Below are positions 1 through 11,766 of a DNA stretch of 64,000 bases, piece by piece. Position numbers and translations under genes: made by a program. The notes beneath the pieces were generated by a model, which saw only the letters and a program-made list of their open reading frames with translations, made no database searches and was not told the DNA's origin. The stretch's first letter is position 1, and each line of letters starts with the position of its first letter. Source of the stretch: the human T2T-CHM13v2.0 reference genome, Homo sapiens; NCBI RefSeq assembly GCF_009914755.1, contig NC_060937.1; one strand, written 5' to 3'.

Positions 1-27
1 CTCAATAGATGAAGATTCATCGAGTTT

Positions 28-826
28 AGTAGGCCGAATAGTTTTTTCTAAAAGATATGTGACGCGTTAATCCTTGGAATCTTTGAATATAATGACACGT
101 TAAACAGTGAATATTACCTTATACGGCAATGCTTGTGATTAAGTTAAGGACTTTAAGGGAAGGGGCTTATTCTGAAATATACTCACGGGTCTCTAATTCA
201 ATGACAAATGTTCTTTTTTTTTTGAGATGGAGTCTTGTACTTTCGCCCAGGCTGGAGGGGTGCAGTGGTGCGATCTCTGCTCACTGCAACCTCTGCCTCC
301 CGGGTTCAAGCAATTCTCCTGCCTCAGCCTCCTGAGGAGTGGGATTACAAGCGCCTGCCATCATGCCCAGATAATTTTTGTACTTTTATTCAAGGAAGGG
401 TTTCACCATGTTAGCCAGGCTGGTCTCAAACTCCTGACCTCAAGTTATTCGCCCTCCTCGGCCTCCCAAATTGCTGGGATTACAGGCATGAGCCACTGTG
501 CCTGGCCTGACAAATGTTTTTTTAAGAGTGAGTCAGAGGGAGACTTGACACACAGAAGAGGAGGCAATGTGACCAGGGAGCAGAGATTGGAGTGGCGCAG
601 CCCCCAGAAGCTGGGGAAAAGGAATGCTGGCATGAGTAAAGGAATGCTGGCAGCCCCCAGAAGCTGGAAGATCCACAGAATGGATTCTCTCTAGGGACCT
701 CAGAGCGAGTGTGGCCCCACTGTATTTAGGACTTCTAGCCTCTAGAACTGTTTTAGAATACATTGCTGTTGTTGAAGTCATTTAGTTTGTGTCAATTTGT
801 TGTGATAGCCTAGGGAACTAATATAA
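28..826 (+). mobile_element. MLT1C/D-like ERVL-MaLR solo LTR, split by an Alu
   Basis: MLT1 motifs gtgattaagttaagga, aaggaatgctggcagcccccagaagctggaaga, gacttctagcctctagaactg, ending ggaactaatata. Subfamily is from recall. Confidence 0.75.
214..507 (-). mobile_element. AluS, full length
   Basis: Poly-T, then gagatggagtct...cctggcc; TSD tgacaaatgtt at 202-212 and 508-518. Confidence 0.95.
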
Positions 827-835
827 TGAAGCATG

Positions 836-860
836 GAGAGAGAGAGAGAGAGAGAGAGAG
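836..860. repeat. (GA)n microsatellite
   Basis: Seen directly. Confidence 0.95.
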
Positions 861-947
861 GATAAAAGGTGAAAATCATGTGCCAAAACTAAAGAAAAGA
901 GATGCTGACATTTGTGATTAAATAGAATAATTGCACTATTTAAGATT

Positions 948-1051
948 AATCACTTGAGCCTGGGAGGTGGAGGCTGTAGTGAGTCATCATGGTGCCACTG
1001 CATTCCAGCCTGCATGACAGAGAGAGACTCTGTCTTAGGAAAAAAAAAAAA
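948..1051 (+). mobile_element. AluJ-like right-arm 3' fragment
   Basis: cacttgagcctgggaggtggaggctgtagtgag...gactctgtct followed by an A tail. Confidence 0.85.
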
Positions 1052-1204
1052 TTAAGGTGGTCCAGAATGCCCCCAAGGATAAAATGCAAAGATGATCTTG
1101 CCCCATGTATGTTTTAGCATACTACTTAGGTACTATTTATTTTTTAATTATCTCCTTTTTACATTTTGACAATTTTATCCCAGTGGTCAAGCCTTGTATT
1201 AGAA

Positions 1205-1322
1205 AAGACAGAAAGAAGGAAAAGAAAGAAGGCAGGAAGGAAGGCAAGGGGAAGGAAAGGAAGTGGAAGGGAAGGGGAAGAGAAGGGGAAGAGAAGGGGA
1301 GGGGAAGGGGAGGGGAGGGGAA
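1205..1322. repeat. GA-rich low-complexity polypurine tract
   Basis: gaagg/ggaag/gaggg runs. Confidence 0.9.
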
Positions 1323-1531
1323 ACGTTGCTTTGGACAGAATAAATGGGTAAGGGTTTCTATTTTAATTAGATTAAGATTAATTAGATTAAACCTCTGAGG
1401 AAGTCTTACTTGAGCTGAGAAACTAAATATGAGAGGGAGGAGTACCACTGCATTGGTTATAGATGGGGTAGAAGTCTACAAAAGAGTTCATTGAGGAATA
1501 GAGTAGTAAATAAGTGACTTAATGAGTTTGT

Positions 1532-1943
<412 letters not shown>

Positions 1944-4900
1944 TCAATAATATTAACAGTATCAATCTGCCACTAATAATTATTTAAGAAAAGTATTTTT
2001 CTGCTTTCAGTTTTATTTATTAAATAGTTTCTGCTAGCCTAATGTTAAAGTCTGCCAACTAGTTCCTTCAAGTTAATCACATTCACTTTTGATTCCCTCT
2101 TAACACATTAAGATATTTTATAACTCTGTGAGTTTAAAATCTGATGCAAATTCATTGTGGTCAGGCAAGATGCAAGACCAGTCGGGCAAATACACTTCCC
2201 TTATTTTTTATGGGTCTGAAATATCTTTTGTCTTGGGAGATGTATTATTATACAAAAGATCTATTTGGCAATTTATAGTTTGCTTTTTATCTATTCAATT
2301 GTTCCCTGGTATTCTTAGAACAGAAAAGCGAACCTTTTAAGAATAATAACATGCAAATTACCTTTAATTACTCTCTAGCTCTTTCAGTTAAACAAAAAAA
2401 AACCTCTCATTTTAGGTTCAGTTTGTAACTGAATAGAACATTTTATATCTAAACCCTTAATGGAAAGGCTTTCCTATTTCCCACAATTTTCTTTTCTATT
2501 TAATGTATTCTCTAAATTTAACACATTATTTAAAATGCCATCCATATACCTGATCAACTTGAAAAGATGGAGAAACACACAAGTAAAGCTTATTATCTGT
2601 TCACATTTTATTCTATGTTTCCATTTTCATAATCAAATAAATGTAGACTGTAAAATACTTATTTACAAATCTGTCTGATTTATATAATAAACTCTGAGGA
2701 AACTGGAATGAAGTAGTGCTACAAGCAAGGGACAGAATAAAGTTTTGTGTATTAATTACCTGATTTATACTTTAGTCCCTTTAAGTAAAAGAATGTAACA
2801 AATAGAAGGATAGTTATTAATATATTTGGAGGAGAAAGAAGGATAAAATGAAAGATACAATGTTCTTAAAAACCAAGAGTTTTATCTTTTTTCAGAAGTT
2901 TAAAAAATATTTAAACATTTCCCTTTATGTTAGCACATATTTATGTTATACATTTCATTTACAAGTAATTGTATGGTAAATAGTTACAAAAACAACAAGG
3001 AAAAGCTTTGAGTTAAGGAGCTCATGATTTTCAGTGTAAAATACATGTTATTTGAGTAATTTGGGAAACTGACAGAAGCTTTCTTGCAGTCAAGAATGCT
3101 GCTCAAAAATTAATTTTAAAATAAAAATAAAAGAAAAAAAATCCTGAAAGCTTATGTAGCAAAACAAGTATTGTAGTCCATTACAAAAATTAGCCTTTTC
3201 TGAAATCATGTTAAAAAGCAAAAAGATCTTAGAGCAGAATTTCATGTACAGTTCATTTTGGGATTGATCTTACTTCCTTGATAGGTGGTCTTACTTCATC
3301 CTGTTGGAGCCCATCATGGAGAGCTGTTTTACAAATATTCTTAGCTCTACTACTCACATAAAAATTCAACCTATGACTCCTGTTTCTGATAAAGTAGCTA
3401 TTTAAATTCATTAAGAATGTTTCATCATTTTAGTATGCAAAATGCATTGTTAGATTATGTAAGTGACACATACTATCTTAAAAGTTAATAAATCTCCCAG
3501 AAGAAATTAGACTCAGATGCTATATTTATTATGGAGAATTAAGAAATACCTAAGGTTACTGTGATCATCACTTAGGAGTTTTGAATCAATTATATGAGAA
3601 ACTAAAGAAGAAGCTTTGACTGGAAAAAAAATGAACCAAAAAGAAAAAAATTATATAAAGTCATTTTATTGGACACACATGCTAAAAATTAGAAAAACCA
3701 TACATTTTACTCTATCGATCTGTTAGGAAAAACTATAGAATATGATAGTGATTGCATTGATTCCACTTAGCAAATTAAATGCAAAACTAAGATATTCACC
3801 AAATATAAAATATAGTTATTTTCTAAGAAATAAAACTCACACATTCTGGTGGCAACTGCCATTTTTAGCAGAAACCAAAACTATTTCCTGTTAACATGAA
3901 GGAAAAACCATCATTGAACACTCAAGTAATAATCAGGGGACTAGGATGGACTTTCAATAAGAAACCACTGGAATATACCTGGACTAAATCTATTCTGACA
4001 AAATTAAGTATACCAACCGAATAGTTTTGTGTGTGCATTTGTTTTTACTATATACTTTTATAATCTCAAAAGTACCTAAAAGGAGGCAAAACAAGAAAGG
4101 ATTTGTCTACAGAAAGTAAAAATAAGAATGATTATAAAATATTGTTAAAGAAAAGACACTGCACAGAATAGTCATGGAGATTTCTGTACTAATCACCTTG
4201 ATCATAATGAATAATCACTGAATTTCACTGGCCTATTTTCCTCCACAAGATTCTATGTTAGGTAAGCAACTTTGGGTAATTCAATAATAGGAAAGATGTT
4301 TCTTTTATAACATATCTGATTTGTACAACTATTTGAAATACATTTTATGCTATAAAATAAAAATGGTAACTCTTATTTACACAGCTATTTATTGTGAATT
4401 TGTATAAAGACAGCTCATCCTTAGAACTTAATAGACTAGGATTCTTGGTAAAGTATATATTGTATATCTGAAAAATGTAACAGTGACAATATTAAAGTAT
4501 TGCCACTTAGTGCTGTGTTACCTAAAGAAATTGTCACTTTCTGTCAGTCTTATCACTGACATTTAAATTTCAGATATAGGTGAATTCAATATTGAAGTGA
4601 ATAGAGCTACCGATATTTGCTTTCCTAATATTCATGGAAGTTGTTGTTGACCTCTCATAGATAAATAAGCAAATAATATCTTCAAAAATATATCTAACTT
4701 GACTTCTAAGTATTTTGTCATTTGAAGGGATATGAGCAAGTTGAGAAGAAGAAATGTGGAGAGAGAAATATTCATGAAAACTAAATTTATAACATTAAAC
4801 TATTGCTCAATTCTTAGAAATTTAATCACTACTTATATTTTAAAGCAAAATATTTTTGAACTTATTTAGAAAAATATGACTTCATCTCTCATATGTCCAT

Positions 4901-5039
4901 TCAAAGTTTTAAACAAAGTATAAAAGGAAATTAAACAGTGGAGGAAATGAGAAAGGTCATAGGCATTCAAGAGGTTTCAACAAATTTCTGGAGGAATGAA
5001 AGGTAATTGAAGGATGTGTTAAAATAATTTCTATTATTA

Positions 5040-7960
5040 TCTTTATAGATTTAGTGTCCAGTAAACATTTTATAAACAATCCAACTTGCTGTTTTGTGTT
5101 CTTGAACTTTATTTAAACTGAATTATATTGTACATATCCTTTTGTGACTTAATCATACCACTGCATATTACGTTTGTGAGAGTAAGCCACATTAACATAT
5201 CTAAATAAAGTTATCTATGTTTTTCTAAAGTGTAGTATTCCACTGTATGAATCTACCACATTCTACTGTTGTTTAACTTTTGCATTGCTTATAGTACTTA
5301 ACTGAGCCTGTAAATATTTTGGATCACATTTCTTAATGGCCAACCACGTACATACAAAATAAGGAGTGAAAGCCAATTGCTGATTAGAATATATGGTCAT
5401 CTTCAATATTACTGGGTAATACAAGCCTCTTTTTAAAACGGATATAATTTCCATTTCCAGGAAAGCATATGAAATTATTATTGCTCTATATGTTTGCCAG
5501 AAGTCTTTCTTGTCAGACTGTTTTTGGTCAATCTGTTGTATAAGTAATAATGTACATATAAAACATTTTCATTTGCATTTTTGTGTTAAAAATAAGTTAA
5601 AGTGATTCTAAATATGTATGGTGGACACTTATATTTTACATTTTATAAAGCACATGTGCAAGCCATTTTCTTTGTTTTACTGTCGGGTTTTCTGTAATTT
5701 TTACCTGGGTTTACATTTAAATATTGATCACCAAGGAATTGATTGTTACATATTATATAAGGTAAAGAATCACTTTAATTATTTTCCATATGTATAGCCA
5801 GTTTTCTCACTCTCATTTATTGGCAAATTTATTTTTCACCACTGATCTATAATACCAGCTTTCTTACATATCATGGGTTCTTATATTTTCCTTACTGTAG
5901 TCTACCTATTCCATTTCATTGATTATTTATTACTTTGTTAATACCACATTGCATTAAGTCTTATAATATTTCCTGTAATATATTCTTCCTTCCTCAATAA
6001 ATTATTAACTGAATTTTAATATTTTTAGAGTTTACATAAATTCTAGAATTAGCTTGTCAATATCTAAATCAAACCTTACTGGGTTTTACTTTGGATGCAC
6101 TAGTTACAAAGATTAATTTTGGGGAGAAGTGATTTCATTAAAGTCTTTCAATTCAAGAATATATTTATGTCAATGTTATGTCTATGTTTATTTGAACTTT
6201 ATTTAAACTGAGTTATACTGTACATATTCTTTTGTGACTTAATCATACCACTAAATATTATGTTTGTGAGAGTAAGCCACATTGACACATCTAAATAAAG
6301 TTCTCTACTTATATGAAATGCATTTCAATATTGCATAATACGTTTGTGTCAAAGCATCTTGCTAAAAGCTCATATTCATTAGTATAATGTATCTTACAAT
6401 CATTTTGAATTGTCTGTGTACTTAGTGTCATCGGTAACATAGTAATCTGTTTTCTCTTTCATAATTCTTATTTTTTTAATATTTACAATCCTATCCCAGT
6501 GTCTAAGACCTGCAAAAGGATAAATAAAATTGCTTGTACCATCTATGTTTATTTTGTTCCCAATCACAAAGGAAATATTTTAACATTCCATTGTTAAGTG
6601 TTATAATTTCAATAGAACTTTTGAAAACAAATGTTATTAGTTAAACTAGATTCTCTTTTAATTTTGGGTTGTTAAAATGTATGACTTTTTAAGAAAATAA
6701 AATTAAATATGCTTATAATATTGTTAAGTTATTTGTTGTGGTGTATCATATTAATTGATATCTTTACATGAGGCCATTATTGCTTCCCAGGGTTTCTTAG
6801 AATAAACATTGGCTGTGATGTCTTACATTTTAATGCATTGCTTATTTCTGCGTGGAACTTTTTTAAGTTTTCCTTCATTATTTTCATAAATTACATTGGT
6901 GTTTAATTTACTTTCCCTTTACTATCCTTGTCAGGTTATAATATCAGAGTCATAATAGCATAATAAAATGAAATAGAGTATGTTCTTTCCTGTTTCATGC
7001 TCAGAAAGAATTGTATGTAAGACTGGAATTATTGTTTTGTTTCATGTTTGAAACAACTTGCCAGTAAAGTCATCATGGCTTGAAATTATCTTTATGATAT
7101 GATTTCTGACTACAGATTACATGCATTTGTTGTAGCACAATTCAGATTTTTCTTTTCACTTTAGGTTACTTTTGGAAAAATGCTTGTTTCAAGTAATTGC
7201 ACACATTTTACATATATTTCCAAATTTATTGAAGGTTTTCATACTACACTAATTTACCTTCTTGATATTTGTATTATTTATAACAAAACTCAATAAACGG
7301 TGGCAAATAAGCCAGACAGTATTTATAAATAAAGTATTACTGGAACACTGTCATGCTCATTCATTGACATACTGTCAATTTATGCCACAACAATAGAATT
7401 GATTAGTTGCAACAAACCATATAGCCCAAAAACCTAAAATATTTACCACCTGATCCTTTCCAAAAAACAAAAAAAATTCTTGACATCTGATGTATAATTA
7501 TTTCCTATTTTGATTCCTGAGATTGCATACTTGTTTCTTCTCTTAATTTTATCAAGCCATTTCTCCAGAGTTTTGTTATTGTATGGCTCCTACAACAACT
7601 AACAAACTTTTGGCCATATTTCTTGACTTTTCTTTCCCTGTATTCTTAATCACTATGCATGTATTTTTTATTTCCTTTTATTTCTGTTGATATTTCTAAC
7701 TTCTTCCAATAAATTCAAAACATTTTAAATATTAATTTGTTGTCCTCATAAAATAAGAATTTAAGGTTCTACATTTTCCTCTAAAATGACACATTTTATA
7801 ATGTAGTATACATTTTTTAATTAAAAATATTTTATAATTTCCATTATGATTTGCTCTTGGGTGTTGAGTTACTAAGAAGTATATTTGTGAGGTTTTTCTT
7901 CAATATGACTGACTATAGATATTCGAATCTAGTTATTCTCAGAAAGAGAAAGCAAAGTTA
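5040..7960 (-). mobile_element. Old, highly diverged L1 (L1M/L1ME) fragments
   Basis: T-rich antisense L1 3'UTR/ORF2-like text (gtagtattccactgtatgaatctaccaca, ctagaattagcttgtcaa, aacattccattgttaagtg). Boundaries approximate. Confidence 0.65.
7280..7489 (+). mobile_element. MER58A-like hAT-Charlie DNA transposon
   Basis: taaataaagtattactggaacac...gattagttgcaaca...cctaaaatatttac matches the recalled MER58A consensus. Confidence 0.75.
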
Positions 7961-8389
7961 TGGATAAATAATCATTAATTCCAATATCTATATTGACGGG
8001 AGTGCTAGAGCACCACAAGAAGAAACTTGAACACAGAAAAATAAGGAAGCAAAAATCCAGCAGAGATTATACTCTGAGGGACTTGATGTTCCATGGAAAA
8101 GCATAGGTGGGGGTGTCTTTTGCTCCTCTCACCCCTGTGGCAGACTGCTTGTTTCTGAACTGTTGGAGAGCCCTCCATTCTCACAAGCCCAAGCACTGGT
8201 GTGGGCTGCAATCTTGGAACAACTTGAGGACAGAGAACAAGGCTACTATTTCCTGCAGTGCCACTTGCCCTTCACCCAGCCCCAAGATGAGGTGGTGGGC
8301 ACCATACTAGATATGCCTCTGTGGTGGACCTCTATACTGCCTTTGAGTGAGAGAGAGGCTTGCCCCATCCCGTTGACAGCTTCCTTCTC

Positions 8390-8832
8390 CATCCCTGCGT
8401 CGAGCTATGGCTAGATTTCTCCATGAGGGCAGAGGGCGAGAGGCGTGAGAAGCATCTTCTGGAAGGTCTGCGGGCACCCTCCTGCGGGTGGACAATAAGC
8501 GCCTGGGAGGCCGTTGTCCTTGGTTGGGGAGCGGTCGTCTGGATCTAGCCTAGCAAAGAGGCTGCTCCGGATGGGGAGGGAATGAAAGCCCCTGCGGCTC
8601 CCACGCAGATGCCCACGTTGCCCAGGCCTTCACAGACCCCCAAACCGGAACCGCCGGGAAAACGATTGCCAACCGGCCACAACACCCAGGCAGGGACGCG
8701 GGGAGAGGCTGACCAGAAGAAAGGCCGACGTGCAAGAAACCCAGCCTCCGGCGCACAGGGAACATGTGTCCCAAGGCGCACGCACACACAGACGGACAGA
8801 GACAGAAAGAGAGGGCGACGGAAAGAGCGAGA

Positions 8833-8871
<39 letters not shown>

Positions 8872-10226
8872 AGAGAGAGACAGTAGTGGGCACACAGACA
8901 CGCACGTGCGCGCGCGCGCACACACACAGACACACAGACGCGCACACACACCCCCATAACGCACACAGATATACAGCAGGTAACACCCACCCCCAGGCAG
9001 CCCCTGAAGCTGCCGGGTTCTGCTCTCCGCGACTACGAGCCACCGGTGAGACAGCAGCCCACGGGCACACAGCGAGACCTGTCCTCGACATCACAAGGCC
9101 GCCACTTTTGGGGAGACTCACCCGCACACCGTCCGCGCACGCCTGAGGCTGGGATCCCGCGCTGCCTCCCCGGCGATCTGTCTGAGGTTTCTTCCTCCTG
9201 GGGTTTCTTCCTGCTGGTGGAACCTCCGCGAATCCCGGCCTCCGGAGACCGTCCCGGTAACTACCCTGGCCGGGGCTGGTCTCAGCCCCGACTCTGACGC
9301 ACGATCACACAGGGCTCCCACTTCGCCAAGTCTCAGGGACCCATCCCTTGGCAACGGTGGCGGTCACTGTGACCGAAGCGGCGGCTCGGGCCTCGCGCAT
9401 GCGCGCTGGCGAGGCCGACTCACCCGCCCCACCCCCCCTTACTCGGCAGTCAGGCTGCGGACCCTTTAAAAAATGGCGGCGACGCCGCGGCTGCGGGGAC
9501 TGGGGTGGCGGTGCTGGAGCTTGCGGCGGCGGCTGCGGTGCAGCCCCAGGCGGTGGGTGGGAAGAGGACTACCAGAGGGGCCTGCGGGAGACCCAGGGTC
9601 GGACCCATAGGAGTCCTGTCGTCAGGACCTCCTTAATCGGTCTTCTGCTTGGGTTCCCGGTGAAGGAGGAGCTTCGGGGTGCCGGCTGGGCTGCGCGGAC
9701 TCCTCTTGGGATCCGATGATGGATCCCACCCGGTGATCGGGAATGGGGTTACAATGCAGTGAGGCGGAAAGGCGCTCGCCAGGGCGCAGAAAGATCCCCA
9801 GGGCCGCAAGGCGTGCTGTCGGCTGCAAAGGCACTGACCCACGAGCCCACTGCCTCCCTCCTTCCTGGGTGGAGCAGGGGCCTGCCTTCATCTCCAAGGC
9901 CCGGGGGCTCCGGCATCTCGACGCGGCTTCCGGCGACACGGGCAAAGAGAGACAGAGGGTAGTCCGAGCCGGAGCCAGTGTGACCACACGTGGCCCTGAC
10001 GTCCCCCAAGAGCACATGCAGTGAGCCCGTGTCTCTGAGGCCGTAGTGGGCGACGACGAGACGGACAGTGATGTCCAGGCCTGCGCCCGGGGGCCACTGG
10101 AGACCTGCCCCTCAAAGCGGAGGAAACGCCAAGCGCACCTGAAAACCTGCGAGACAGGGCCTGTGCGCGAGTCCAGTACTCCTACTTCGCCAAGTCTCAG
10201 GGACCCAACCCCCAGCAACGGTGGCG
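8390..10226. repeat. REP522-like / FAM27-like CpG-rich duplicon segment
   Basis: CpG-rich, internal (GA)n and (CG)n(CA)n tracts at 8836-8952, several short palindromes. ORF 8730-9146 resembles FAM27-type RERERE/THTH text. Family name is from recall. Confidence 0.55.
9361..9480 (+). promoter_or_regulatory. CpG-island promoter motifs: NRF1, GC-box, YY1
   Basis: GCGCATGCGC at 9395-9404 (NRF1 consensus), CCCGCCCC at 9423-9430 (Sp1/KLF), AAAATGGCGGC at 9470-9480 (YY1 consensus). Confidence 0.55.
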
Positions 10227-10266
10227 GCACAGAGAGGCGCACGGCGCCGGCGCAGGTTCAGAGAGA
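10227..10266 (-). repeat. TAR1 29-bp-unit fragment, opposite orientation to 11280-11766
   Basis: gcacagagaggcgcacggcgccggcgcaggttcagagag is a near reverse complement of 11281-11316. Confidence 0.65.
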
Positions 10267-10269
10267 TAG

Positions 10270-11279
10270 GAGGCTGATGGGGGGGAAGTTGAGGCACCTG
10301 GGGCAGAGAAGAAAATGCATCGCCAAGCGGTTTCTGGGTCATACACGGACGAAAATGTCTTCCCATCAGCCCTTGCGCTGGTCCCCAGGGACCCTGGCAT
10401 CCGTCGTTGGCGCCCAGGGTTCGCGTCGGGCCACTAGGGGTACCCCAACTCGGACAGAAGGCCCATGAGTTGAATTTGAAGTTTGTGGGAATAGAGGTGA
10501 GGCACCAGGGGCAGAAAAAAAAACAGGAAACCTCGCCTCAGACAAGCGGGGCCTGGGTCCCCCATGGATGAAAGTGCCTTCCCATTATGCTGTACGCTGG
10601 GCAGAGTGGACAGTGACGACCTTAGTTCGAGCCCAGGGTGCGCTTCGGGACCGCTTGCGGTACCAGAAAGCGAACAAATGGTCCATGAGCGGAAGGTGGG
10701 CACCTGAGGCAGAGAAAGTAAAGAAACGCGCTGCCGAGAAGCAGTGCCTGGGTCCCTCACGGAGGAAATTGTCTTCTCGTCAGCCCGTTCGCTGGGCACT
10801 GACATCCCTGGCGTCTCTGGTTTGATCCCAGGGTACGCCTCGGGCCACTAGTGTTACCCCAAGGTGGGCAGAAAGCCCATAAGGGGAAGGTGAGGCACCT
10901 GGGGCAGAGAAAAAAAAAACTTTGCCGCAGAGAAGCGCGGCCTGATTCCCCACGGACGAAAGTGTCTTCTCATCAGTCCCTGCACTGGGACCTGGGGACC
11001 CTGGTGTCCCTGGTTCGAGCTCAGTGTGTGCCTCAGCCGCTAAGTGCACCCCAAGGGGAGCTTTGGGAGCACAAAGCCCATGAGGGAAGGTGAGTTTTGA
11101 GGGAGGAGTGGTGAGGCACCTGTCACAGAAAAAAAAAAAACAATACGCGCCACGGAGAAGCAGGGCCTGGGTCCCCCACGATGAAAATGCCTTCCCATCA
11201 GCTCCTGCTCTGGGCCCTGTGGACCCTGGAGACCCTGGTTCGAGCCACGGGTGGCCTCGGGCCCGCTAGGAGTACCCCC
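10270..11279 (+). repeat. Gamma satellite (GSATII-like) block 1, ~5 monomers
   Basis: ~195-220 bp GC-rich monomers: gaggcacctggggcag-An-cgcgccgcggagaagcggggcctgggtcccccacggacgaaagtgtcttcccatcagccc...gctaggggtacccc. Confidence 0.8.
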
Positions 11280-11766
11280 CGTGCGCCTCTCTGCGCCTGC
11301 GCAGGCGCCGTGTGCCTTTGCGAGGGCGGAGCTGCCTTCTCCTCAGCACAGACCCGGAGAGCATTGCCAGGGCGGAGGTGAGTTCTCCTCTGCACAGACT
11401 TCGGAGATACAGCAAAGCGGATCATGTGCTCCTCAGCACAGACCCGGGCGGGCGGGCCAGGGGCACCGCGAGGGCGGAGCTGCGTTCTGCTCAGCACACA
11501 CCCGGGGGACACCGCGAAGGCAGAGCAGCGTTCTCAGCACAGACCTTGGGGGCACTGCCTCGCTTTGGGACTACTCAGAGCCGCATCGATGGTGAATAAA
11601 ATCCTTCCTGTTTGCAGCCCTGAATAATCAGGGTCAGAGACCAGTTAGAAGGGTTCAGTGTGGAAAACGGGAAAGCAAAAGCCCCTCTGAATCCTACCCA
11701 CCGAGGTTCTCCCCAGCCAAGGCGAGGCGGCCGCAGTGCGAGATCCACACCGCAGCCTCGGAAGAC
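11280..11766 (+). repeat. TAR1 telomere-associated repeat fragment (interstitial)
   Basis: gcgcctctctgcgcctgcgc 29-mer, repeated gagggcggagctg...ctcagcacagacc units, then ggtgaataaaatc...agagaccagttaga...ggaaaacgggaaa...gcccctctgaatcc, as in human subtelomeres. Confidence 0.85.

Noticed and set aside
3288-3335. Possible 29-bp minus-strand mini-exon (aaacag|ctctccatgatgggctccaacaggatgaa|gtaaga)
   Set aside because: Weak pyrimidine tract, no recognisable protein and no partner exons.
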